DNA of 64,000 bases from Botryllus schlosseri (lineage: Eukaryota). The stretch lies in the NCBI GenBank assembly GCA_051294905.1, contig CM119373.1:124001-188000 (forward strand). Direction: 5' to 3'. This document shows positions 49,801 through 61,253 of this stretch, one piece after another. Position 1 is the first letter of the stretch; the number at the start of each line of letters is the position of its first letter. Below the pieces are notes generated by a model that did no database searches, was not told where the DNA came from, and was given only the letters and a program-made list of their open reading frames with translations. A program made the translations under genes and the position numbers.

Positions 49801-52568
49801 AAGGTAAAGTACGAATACAAGTACAAGTAGAGATTTCAAAGTAAGTAAGTGGTTATGTTCGTAGACTAACCCCACTTCTACGTAACGATTTTTCAGTAAG
49901 TAGTCATGTTTCTAGGCTACTTTTACTTCTATTTAACGAGTTTTCATACAAATCTGCTTTCTTTAATGACATTCAAGTAGGCTACTTACTTTAGATTATT
50001 AAAAGTATAGTGATTGAAAATAGATCACTGGATTATAGTTTACAGAAAACTCCACAATTCTATGTGACGTCCTTGCATGCCAACAACCTTCGAACTATTC
50101 GCCACCTCATAAACACTTGAGTAGGCCTACATTTGATGCGTGTGGGGAAAACCTAGTTAAATTTTCATGTGCATTTAGTTTCCAGCTCTGAAAGCAAGCT
50201 TGGTCTATGATCAATAGCAACTTTTGCGTAAACTCCGTTCTATTTCACTTCATACCTATACAATGTAGATAGTCTATTCGAATAATTCGATGTATAATTG
50301 AACTTTCCACTGCATGATCATTAGGGCTTCTATTTTTTGTTGCAGGGCAACTTTGTTGTAGTCGAAAGCGGTATTATCTAGCAACAAGGTTTAAATGACT
50401 CGCCTCCGGCGTTTATTGACCGTATTACCCGTATTCTCGTCATGCAAAAATTATGCATGTATTAGTATGAAGCTCAGATGCAGCAAAGTGTGTGAGACTG
50501 GCTGTAAAATGGCGCGAAGCAGCGACTCTAATTTCCCGGCTTATAGCAAACAACGACGCTGAAATTCTACTTCAGACGCAGCAAAGTGGGTGAGACTGCC
50601 TGTAAAAATTGCGCGAAGGTACATTTCTCGGCTTATAACAAATAACGACGCTGAAATTCTACTTCAGATGCAGAAAAGTTAATGCGTTTGGCTATATAAA
50701 TTGCGCGAAGGTGCATTTTCCGGCTTATAGCGAATAACGACGCTGAAATTCTACTTCAGATACAGCAAATGCGGCAAAGTCTGCGCGAATAGCTGCATAA
50801 ATTGCGAAAAGATGCGACTCTAATTTTTAGGCTTTATTGCAAATACCGATCGACTTTTGCGTGAATTCTGTTATGCGTTTTACTACGTTAATGAATAAAA
50901 GTTAATATTCTAGGTCTATATTTCTGTTTAATACTGAAAATGTCATGAAGTTGAATCGTTACTAGGTATTAATATTATGTTGATCGCGCGAAATGTGCGT
51001 AGAAATTTAATACATCATCAAATAACCACGCCTATAGTTCAACGTGGATGAGTGTTATCTGAGAGCTCATACTATCCGCGAAAATACACAGTCCTAAATA
51101 CACATAATAGAATATCTTGCGAATATAGTCTTGCGTAGACATCATAGTTTTCGAAATTTGTTCATAAATACAAACGGCAATAGTCTGGCGGCGAGCGATA
51201 AAACATAGTGATCAAAATTATCGCTAAGCAATACCGATTTTGCGTAAATGCCGTTATGCGTCTGACTACGTAACTAGGGATTATGTAGTTGGTTACGAAA
51301 TTGAGTGTGCTATCTTCCCAATCGGTATGGAACAACATCAAAATCATCACAAAGTAATATCGACTTTTGCGTGATTTCTGTTACGCGTTTGTAAATGAAC
51401 ATTAATTAATTATTGATCCGCGAAAATACAAAGTTCTAAATTCACATAAGAATAAGCGAGAATTCATATTCCCAAAAACAGATCAGTACGCGTTTTCGAA
51501 GTAGTCGCATTAGTCCTAAATACACATATTAGAATATTAGTCCTAAATACACATACTATATTATCTAAGGAAAGTATCATCTAACGCAGGGGTGGGCAAA
51601 CTTTTGAGCTCGCGGGCCGCATTCAACATCTGAATCCATTCGCGGGCCGCACTATATAAAATTGGAATTTGATTATATAGTGAGGACATGGAGATAATAA
51701 TATGCTTATTTGAAACAAACCAAACATTGCTATGATGATATCGTACACGCGCCAGAAACAATGGCGAGATTTCATAGGCTGGTCGACCTCAATAACCAAT
51801 TTGTCAAAACTATAGAGTTGAAAGTCTGTTGTCCCGATTCTTAGAACAGGATTGAAATTTAAATCTGTGAGCAGCGATCTGTTCATATATTTAATTCCGC
51901 TTTAGGTTCAGTTCCAGGACACACAATGCTGACAGCATCATAACCATGTTAGCTTCAAACACGCTTCTACTATATGTGTAGATTTCGCGCACCCTTATCG
52001 TCATATCACAAAACGCAACCAGGATGCTATAGCAAACCTAACGGATAGTTTGGTGGCATGGGAGGTTACGACTATTGATGAAAGATTTTTAAATATAACA
52101 TTCATACTAAATACAGAGCAATAATCATGAATTGGAAGTAAATCGCGCGAAGCGCGAAAAAAATTTTCAGTTGAGCTCAGCTTTGCGATTCCCTTCAGAT
52201 GCTTTCATGACCTCAAGGGGCACGCGTCCCCCAGGTTGAGACCCACTGCCTTAGAATTATCATGGTGGAATATACTAAGAAAAAGTTTGATCAAGTCCCT
52301 GCATTAATTCGATTTTTAGTACGCATTTTATCAATATTTTTATAATTTTCTTTAGACTCTCGCGAGCCGCACAGAACGGTGTTGCGGGCCGCATGCGGCC
52401 CGCGGGCCGTAGTTTGCCCACCCCTGATCTAACGTATAATGAATGTTATTTATTTCTCGGAAGCATGGACCGGCCATAGTCCGACGTTAATTATATTATG
52501 AGAGTGTTTACATTCTAAATAGCCTGAGGGGCGAGGCGTATAATTCAGGTACCCTCACTACTTGTACT
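46472..52568 (-). repeat. right arm of large inverted duplication 1
   Basis: reverse complement of 36797-44401; ~5.25 kb shared after removing arm-specific indels. Confidence 0.95.
51587..52426. mobile_element. composite hAT element (family of 42408-43571) present only in the right arm
   Basis: TIR caggggtgggcaaact...agtttgcccacccctg; perfect TSD atctaacg; empty site cgttagat near 36931. Confidence 0.92.
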
Positions 52569-52800
52569 GTCCAAGACGTTGTCACAGTAGCGAATACGGG
52601 CAGAATACCTATGTACATTGTGCGAGTGTCAAAAGCTCACGACACTAGGCTTCTTCTCCAAAGATCATGACAGTTAAGTCTAAATGGGGTTCCTGATCCT
52701 CAACTACCAATGCAATCTGTAAGAAAACGTCCACGGTGTTCTTACGGAAACAGAAACAATAATCTCAATACGTTTTGGTCATTGTCGTCACCCACTATTG

Positions 52801-53780
52801 CAGGGGTCACCAACCCGGTGCCCGCGGGCCCCAGGTAGCCCGCGAGGACCAGATGAGTAGCCCGCGAGTCCGTTCTAAAAATAGCATTCACCAACATTCG
52901 TCAGATTATTACCAGATAGCTTTTAAATATACAGATAGGTTGATTCCGCAATTCTTGTGTAAAACACACTAAGATGTAACTTACAAGTGGCAATACATAT
53001 AGATATAAACACTTAAAAAAGATATTCCACTACAATAGTAATATATAGATATATGCGATGGAATCACCAGAAATTTAAGATATGGCGCACTGCCTATACA
53101 AGCGACATGACGGAATGCCATCGTCTTCTTGGAATGGCGGGAGGGGGGTCCGTTACGATAGCTCGACAATGTCAAGGTAGTAAACAATGTTAGTATTTAA
53201 CAGATACTAACAGATTTTCAATACTGTATTTGTATGCCCATTACGTATTGCATCTTTTGAAATAGCTTGTTTCTGTTAAACTCAACGCAGTTTAAACCAT
53301 GTTTCTAACGTTCTGTAATCGTTGCGGCTGTACGGTATAATGAAATCTTGTCATTTCTCGACGCTGAACAGTCGGAGATTCAAATTGTAACACTGCGAAA
53401 TGACCTCCACCCGAAAGCCTATCAGACTGCAGCAAACGTTCGATGCCTTGTTGATACGGCAAAGTACAGTGGTGTGTGCGTACTGCGCAGCTGCTCACAA
53501 GGTTGCAAGAGTGTATGGCTCAACTTATCGTTGTGAATCAACCTTTTCGGACATGAAATTTATCAAAAAAACAAACACAGAACAAACCTGAATAATGCAT
53601 ATCTGGAACTCTCACTCAGAGTTGCAGTGTCAAGTTACATACCAGAGTACAGCGCACTAGTTGATATCATACAATGCCAGGCCTCCCACTGATTACTATA
53701 GTAACAGATAACATGATGCCCAGTCTAAAGTGGAACATGATATATTTTGAAATTTGAGTTGTATAATTTATACAAACATG
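52801..53780 (+). mobile_element. hAT element, left part only, with transposase C-terminal relic (~53350-53692)
   Basis: TIR caggggtcaccaac; manual translation KVARVYGSTYRCESTFSDMKFIK / NKHRTNLNNAYLELSLRVAVSSYIPEYSALVDIIQCQASH*; no right TIR seen in the window. Confidence 0.82.
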
Positions 53781-53829
53781 AGTAGTTATATAGATCGGTC
53801 ATGATGCGCCATTGTGTCTTATGGGTGCA

Positions 53830-54180
53830 CCCGACCGGTGTCGCGAAACTCGTCCTGAACCGGTGACACTTTCAGACCCCCCTTCCACCCGACCGGTGCC
53901 TGGGTTGGTATAGGCATCTCTCGACCGGTAACCCTTTTCGGTATAGGGATCTCTCGACCGGTGCCTCGAAACTCGTCTTGAACCGGTGACCCTTTTCGGT
54001 ATAGGGATCACTCAACCGGTGCCTCGAAACTCGTGTTGAACCGGTAACCCTTTTCGGCATAGGGATCGCTATACCGGTGCCTGGGTATAGGCATCTCTCG
54101 ACCGGTAACACTTTTCGGTATACGGATCGCTCAACCGGTGCCGTGGTGGTAATTCGTACTTTCGAGTATAGGCATCTCTC
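53830..54180 (+). repeat. subterminal tandem array, ~58-bp unit with ACCGGT cores
   Basis: g(t/c)atagggat at 53941, 53999 and 54057; repeated gaaactcgt, accggt, ccttttcgg. Confidence 0.85.
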
Positions 54181-54384
54181 GCATGGTGTGGAATATGTAT
54201 CAGGTATGGTAAATAGTCATGTGACTGGTACTTAGTTAATGTGTATATCCCAAATTATTATATATGACCGATTCCAGGTAATCCCAACGTTTACGGCGAG
54301 TGCGACTTTAAAATATCGTTATTCTTATGACCGCGGTGATTCGTACTTTCAGGTATATGCTGCGACGGTGCCTCGTACTTTCAG

Positions 54385-55030
54385 CAAAAAGGTGTGAAAT
54401 AGTTTGCTAAATCTAGGAATCAGTCGCATAGTAATGTTTGGGCAATTAGTTTACCAGAGAGCTGGCGTAGACGGCGATTCCAATACCAACAATAACCGCG
54501 TTCACAAACTAACACTTCAAATAGGTGTGAAATAGTTTGCAAAACCCCGCGATCGCTGACAAGATAATGTCTCGGACATAACCATCTTTCGCGGCTTCGT
54601 GTTACAGGCATATCGATCGCTCACGCGGTGAAATTTTCGTAAGCAGTTTGTCACAGAACTTGATTTCACTCGTAAGATTTAATAAGTGACGAATAACAGA
54701 CCGCCAGTGTCGGTAACTTGAATAGCGACAAATTGCCACTTATTTCTACTATAACCCTAATCCTTTGTGAAGTGTACGCTTATTCAAAAAGGTGCGAAAT
54801 AATTCTAAAATCCTACGATCGCGCACAAGATAACGCCTATAAGACATAACCATCTCTCGTGACTTGTGGTTACATACATCCCAATCGCTACAATGTAATA
54901 TGTTGGTAGTTTGGTACAGAACTGGATTTCACGAGTCTGATATAATAAGAATATTACCTATTAAGTAATAAGCACCGAATAACAGAACCGGCGCAGACGG
55001 TGACTTGAATATCCAAGATTTGATACTTTC
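54385..55030 (+). repeat. diverged tandem repeats, ~265-bp unit plus a partial copy
   Basis: aggtg(t/c)gaaata, cgatcgc..acaagataa, gacataaccatct and acagaact.gatttcac recur. Confidence 0.65.
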
Positions 55031-56961
55031 CGCGATCGCTATATGTTTCACGTTGACTTTGGTTGCGTGATGCGAATCATGAGAATATTCAATCAATGTG
55101 TCAATTTGTCAACTTGAAATGAAACTCACTACACAAACCAAGTTGATTCGTATTTGAATGTATTGATCCGGTACAACTCTAACCCTTTGAGAAATCCATT
55201 TACCACGATCAGTTGATTCGAACGTAACTTGAATATTGCTGACTCCAACTTCAGTCGCATCGAATTATTCACACATTCCACGCTGTTGTTTCACACCTAT
55301 AGAATCAATACCAACTAACTAAACAAGAATCAAGAATCACAAGTATGCACATACAATAATTGTATTTATTACTGAGAAATCAAACGCTTAACAAAAACAC
55401 GCAACTTATCATTTGCCAACTCTAGCATTACCAAAAAATCAGGTAGGCCTATTGTTGATTGAAAATCCTTGAGTCCTTATTATCAAAAATGTTATAGTGC
55501 GGCGTCGGAATCCATTCGCGGGATGTACTAAAGGTAAATTCAGATAATCCAAAATGAAATATCTCGACTTTGACATAATCTGAATTGAAATAGATTGACA
55601 AACATAACTACCAACTTTCACCCAGTCACATTTCGAAATTATACGCATATTGATTTGAAACAAGTAATGAAATATCACAACTATATTCGCGATCGGACTT
55701 TCCGTTTGGCAAAGATAGTTTCAGAAATACTATCACTATGACATCTCAACATTTTAACATCTTGCCATACACAAAAGAGTAAAATACAAAAACCTTGTCA
55801 AGTCAATCCGTTTGTAACTTACCCAACCAACTCAACAGTATCCTTACGAAAAGTAGACAAGACTACGCGAGTAATCACTACAATCCAAAATCCATAGCAA
55901 GTTCGGTTGTATCGATAGTCCGCCAACTCGTATTTTTTATTCAACTGTAAAAGTCGTTACTATTTTGTAAGACAAAAGTAATTACTACCCGCTGCAGGTG
56001 ACTTGAGATTAACATAATATGTTTGAGTATACGAGATTTGAAAGTCTGATCAACGTATAGTTGCGACTTCATTTCTTACAATCGAACGCTGGTGTTATAT
56101 CGAAAGTTACCATTCTGTAAACATAAGGATTGATACATTGATGTACCATATGTAATAGTTGATCATGACTTGATTATTAAATTATTCGTGTTAATTAGAC
56201 CCGGCGTTGTGGTAAAGGTTATTATGACAACAACAATCTTTTCAGTACCGTTGTTATTAACATATCGAGTTGTAAAACTATGCGTGTCTGAAATGTTCAT
56301 GATTGAAAAAATTATTCCACCTTGGTACATATCACTCTGCGTATCGCGGATATCAGAAAATATTTTACAAATGTAATTGTTTCCAGTAACCAAACTAAAG
56401 ATGAAACAACAATTTCGTTTGCTGATTAACAACCGGTGAAATACTTTATTGTCGGAATCTGCGACATCGAAATGAAACATACGCACATTACGCAGTACGA
56501 AAATATCACTTTGGGCTCCGGGGCGGTGTCATTTAATCTGTGTTAAACTCTGTTCACACTCTCTGTCGAAAATGCGTGAAATGTAAAAACATTACGAAGT
56601 CACACTCTAAGACTTTGATCATCAAAAAAGTAAATAGAGGTATCTTTACTGGATCGATTCTATTCAACTGGTCTTGGTTAATACAAAACCCATAACAATA
56701 ATATCGAAGTATGTGCTACACTGAAATCTACAAAAATGTGTTTGTATTGCTGTTCATAGTAGCGATATCGATTTGAACCTCCAGAATAATTGTCATCATG
56801 TAACCAAACTAAGGAAAGTTGTTGTCAATTTGTATGATGTTCACTGAATGCGTACTATAGAACTAATTGTGTAACGCACACGATCAGAGAAATTGGAAAT
56901 TTTCCCATTGTCATTCGTCACAATACTCGGTCACTAAAATACGTTACTTGGATGTGATTGA

Positions 56962-57198
56962 ATCGCTGGTAGTTAACTCGATAAATCAAACCCCTAAGAA
57001 ATTTCACTCACTCATTAGATATTAAACAGTGTCGCCTAATCGGTGTGGATCGCTTTTATAAATACAAATCATACCTGGTCATCGCTGATAATTAACTCGG
57101 TAAATCAAAACCCTAAGAAATTTCACTCACTCGCTGGATATTAAACAGTGTCACCTAATCGGTGTAGATCGTTTTTCTAAATGTAAATCATATAGGTC
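56962..57198 (+). repeat. 2 x 119-bp tandem duplication
   Basis: atcgctg...ccctaagaaatttcactcactc...gatattaaacagtgtc..cctaatcggtgt at 56962 and 57081. Confidence 0.88.
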
Positions 57199-57520
57199 CA
57201 ACAGAAAAAATGTTCACCCACTCGGAAATGAAACCAATGTGTTGGTCTCCATTCGATATTTTGTTTGGGTCAAATACTTTGCAATGAACACATTTGAGAG
57301 GTTGAGCTTTACATCATCAAGCTGTCGTTTGTAAATCAAGATTTCGGTAAACTTGTAAATGTATCGTTTAACTAACCGACATTTAGTGATTGGTGAACAT
57401 ACCAAACGATACACATCCACCTCGAAATACTCCGTTGATCGTAATTTCCATTATCGTAATAATCGAAGTACATTTGTGTCGAATTCGTAACAACCGACTT
57501 TTCTATGGCATGATAAATTT

Positions 57521-60267
57521 TTGACAAGTTATACTTAGAAGGTTGGTACATATCGCAAAAAATAATATACCATTCATATTGATACAGTTACTCCGTTGAT
57601 CGATATTTTCAAACGAACCGATTTTCAAACGAGTAAAATTTATTACTTGAGTTGTTCCGCTTACTATATTTAAATGTTAACTCATCCATCTTTCAAAACC
57701 ACAACGAACAACGATAAAAAGTATGCAATCAAACACAACATGTTTTACTTTTGTAGGACACTAATTATTATCTCATTTCATACTAAGTGTATAAGAAAGA
57801 TATTCATGACACACGAAAATATTCGATATTCCCATGCTACGAACCTGTACAATGATTGGTGGGACTTTCAAACTGTTTCGATGTCACAAGAACTTTATTG
57901 TCTGAATGGTTGTTCATGTATCTTAATAATCAAATAGTTCAACACAGAACTAGTACGAACAGAAACATCAGAGTTGTTTACACAAAAGTTTGTATGCGTG
58001 CAGTATGCGAATACCATGTGTAAGTCGAGCACAGTTGCGGTATCCATCCAAGTTTAGTTAACAGAAATTCATTACAACGGAGCCGTGTAAACTTTCGTGA
58101 AAGAAAAGCATACCCACTTCCCGAGGGTTCTGTCAATGTCATAACAATAAACCAGATACTCCAACAACAGAGTACATATGTTTTCTAGTCACGGTCCCTA
58201 CATCTTTCACAGAGATCAATCTACTTTGCTACCGAAAAGTGCCGAGTCATCGCATGATTGTCCTCACAACAAAACAACCAGTAGATGGAGCTGTATTAAA
58301 ATTTTCCTAACCCTTTGCACACCAGTGACAAATTGTTTAGTGTATCGAGTGGTTGTTCAGCGTCAAGTCTCCATGTTGAAGCATACATTAAAACAGTGCA
58401 ATCACAATCCAATTAAAACCACCAATCTATTTTCATTTCCTCACAAACTGCCACATACAGAAAAATATTTTTTTTTCCCAAAACATACTTGTAACCAATC
58501 GCTTTCATTAAACACACAACACCATGATAGTATTTACTTTCTACATTATAGACATTCCGATGTAGTCAAGAAATATTTTTAATAATCAAAATCATCGACT
58601 TCTGTTTACGGCGTTAGTATGTGCATGTCATACATGTGGGGTCCGTATTAAAATGCAAACGACACGGCTGAATGTAAGGAGATAGAAGTCTATCGCATAG
58701 ATTTACATGTGGTCTTCGCTACGGTTTCAAAAAACGAATCATCTCTTTTGCATTGATCGAGACCGAGCAAGTTAGTTAATGGCCATGATTGTGTTTGTCA
58801 TATGCGAATAATAGGGTTACTGTCAAATCTACATACAACAACCTTCTGGCACTCATAATAGCAATTTCATTCTCTCCCTTCGTAATTGTATACTCACGAC
58901 AAGTATATTGTACAACTCGACAGCTACGTTTAACAAGACCAACGACACTGAGCCCACGACGTTTACCTATGTAAAATTACCACTTTCACTTGACAGTCCA
59001 TCGTTTACCTGACTAAACATATCATTTTCCTTTGGAGATCTGACGTTTACCCAGAGTAAGAAACCATTTTCACTTGGAAATATATTTTTTCCCCGGGTAA
59101 CAAACCTTTTTCACTTGGAAATATATTTTTTCCCTGAGCAACAAACAATTTTCACTTGGAAATATATTTTTTCCCCGGGTAACAAACCTTTTTCGCTTGG
59201 AAATATATTTTTTCCCTGGGTTACAAACCTTTTCACTTGGAAATATATTTTTTCTCTGAGCAACAAACCATTTTCACTCGGTAGTCCGTCGTTTACTTGA
59301 GTAAAAATATCATTTTCACTTGGAAAAATACTTTTACCTAGAGTAACTAATCATTTTCTTTTAGAAATATATTTTCTCCCTGGCTAACAAACCCTTTTCG
59401 TTTTGAAAACTATCATTTACCTGAGTACCAATAAAGTTTTCACTTGGAAATCTATCTTTTACCTGGGTAACAATACCATTTTCGTTTTAAAAACGGACAA
59501 CAACACCGGACAATTTGATATTTTTGTATATTGTTACAACAGGCAGCGACAAAATATACACCAACAACGACTCCAATACATTTGTGTAATCGTATATTCA
59601 CTTGCTCTGGTGCATCCCATCGAAATCCTCAGTTACCCGCATGCAATGTGCTGTTGTACATCGATGTGTATGTTTTGGAAATTGGACAATAGGTTTCGAC
59701 ATGTCTGCGATGTCCCGGTTCGTGCTTTGGATTTTCCAGAGTCAAAATGTCTGAATAAAACACCTCCTCGACTTCGGTAAATGTTTGGCACGCAGATAAC
59801 GGCGGTCGGAAATCGAGGAATTTATGTTTCCATCGGGCTAACAACTCCAGGTTACTTGTGATTTATCTCACACGTGTTTACTATGTTGTGTCGCTCTTTA
59901 TTGATCAATACATACCACACCATTCAGTTTTAAATCGGAAACCCCGAGAAAGAATTAACCGGATCCGGATATCAACTCTGAATCGATAAACCATATTCAA
60001 GTAAACATGCCACAACCTGTGTCTCCATGAAAATAACAAGATATCGCACAAATCAAGTATACTTCGCGATTATTTGCCCACACAAGTAATCACGTAAACG
60101 AGGTGTATGACATTACATACATCATGGATAACATCGTGTCCAGCATTACAAACATCATGGGTGACAAATTCGTCTTCTCAAGTCTCGTCATGCACCGACT
60201 CTGTACATTCAGTGGGGGTATAGATGACTTGGGGATAGACAAACAGCCATCTTTGACCGTAACATGG
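57521..60267 (+). repeat. left arm (in-window part) of large inverted repeat 2
   Basis: mirror ORF coordinates all sum to 121521; the last 10 nt of the window pair with 57521-57530. Confidence 0.96.
58975..59485 (+). repeat. ~41-bp minisatellite (mirror copy ~62035-62545)
   Basis: ttttcacttggaaatatatttttt-ccc(cggg/tgag)-aacaaac repeated about 10-12 times, degenerate at the edges. Confidence 0.9.
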
Positions 60268-60911
60268 CCTTAGCATGAACCGAGATGTATTCAGCTTGGG
60301 GGGGGGGGAATTAGTCGCACACTATTTCACCGAGATTACACCCCTTTCACGGTTCACACCTTGATTTATCACCTTCTCAAGGTAGTTCGGGTTCTCAGAT
60401 AGACTTGGTTCATGATTCGGACTTCGGGGTATAGTAAAATCAGGATGTGTAGTTTAATTACTCACTCAGTCACTCACTCAATGTCCTGTATATTGGTGGT
60501 GGTCCTATCCTGCAAACTGTTTGCTGAGAACGTAGCTCATCCGTTGGTTCAATGTATATACGGAGTGCGAAAACTGTCGCTGTTTTGACTATGTGTCACA
60601 ATCAATACTAAATATGAGAATTCGTTACACGGGTGCAACGTCGCAGTCAGACATCCTTAACAGTGATTCTGTGTATGGAAATCTCAAATTCGATTGCGGT
60701 TTTTGTAATCCGGGTTACTGTGTTTCTGTGGTGTGAAGACTAAATTCGTGTTGATCCCCTCGCAAGAGCGTGATGTCTATTTTACACCTTGAGCAATTAT
60801 AAAGCGCATCTTCGAAACTTTTGGTCTAGTTCATCCGCTTGCATTTCGAAACGGACCATCACCACAAGGCAATTGAAAAAACGTTATCGTTACCTGACCA
60901 TATACAAGAGC

Positions 60912-61190
60912 ATGGATGGACTACGCATAACTGTCCATAGGTTCCTCTGGCCCCACACCGTGGTTTTACGACACAGACAAGATGCGGCAGTGGAGATATT
61001 GAAAATGAAAAACGATACCTTGGTTACATTTGATTTGGATTTTACACCTGATGAACCATACACTCGACTGATACATTGGGACGACAACTCTATCGTCAAA
61101 GTCGAGGGAAAAGAAATGTACAGATTTGTTGGTGTCGTGGCTATTCAACGAAAATCGGGATACATGATAGTACATGGTTCACATATATGA
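60912..61190 (+). CDS. hypothetical 92-aa protein in the palindrome spacer (open from 60789)
   Basis: MDGLRITVHRFLWPHTVVLRHRQDAAVEILKMKNDTLVTFDLDF...; intronless and protein-like in composition; no recognisable family. Confidence 0.3.
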   Translation: MDGLRITVHRFLWPHTVVLRHRQDAAVEILKMKNDTLVTFDLDFTPDEPYTRLIHWDDNSIVKVEGKEMYRFVGVVAIQRKSGYMIVHGSHI

Positions 61191-61253
61191 CTATGAATAT
61201 GCATAATGCTCTGTTCACTGTATCGATATCACCAATGGTATTTGAACGAATAA

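Noticed and set aside
58975..59485. CRISPR-like regularly spaced repeats (also 37672-38043 and 53830-54180)
   Set aside because: Intervening sequences are themselves repeated rather than unique spacers; no cas genes; eukaryotic context
57674..59780. duplicated ORFs in the palindrome-2 arms (87, 134, 61, 125 aa)
   Set aside because: Identity merely reflects the DNA symmetry; no motifs, and some are translations of the minisatellite
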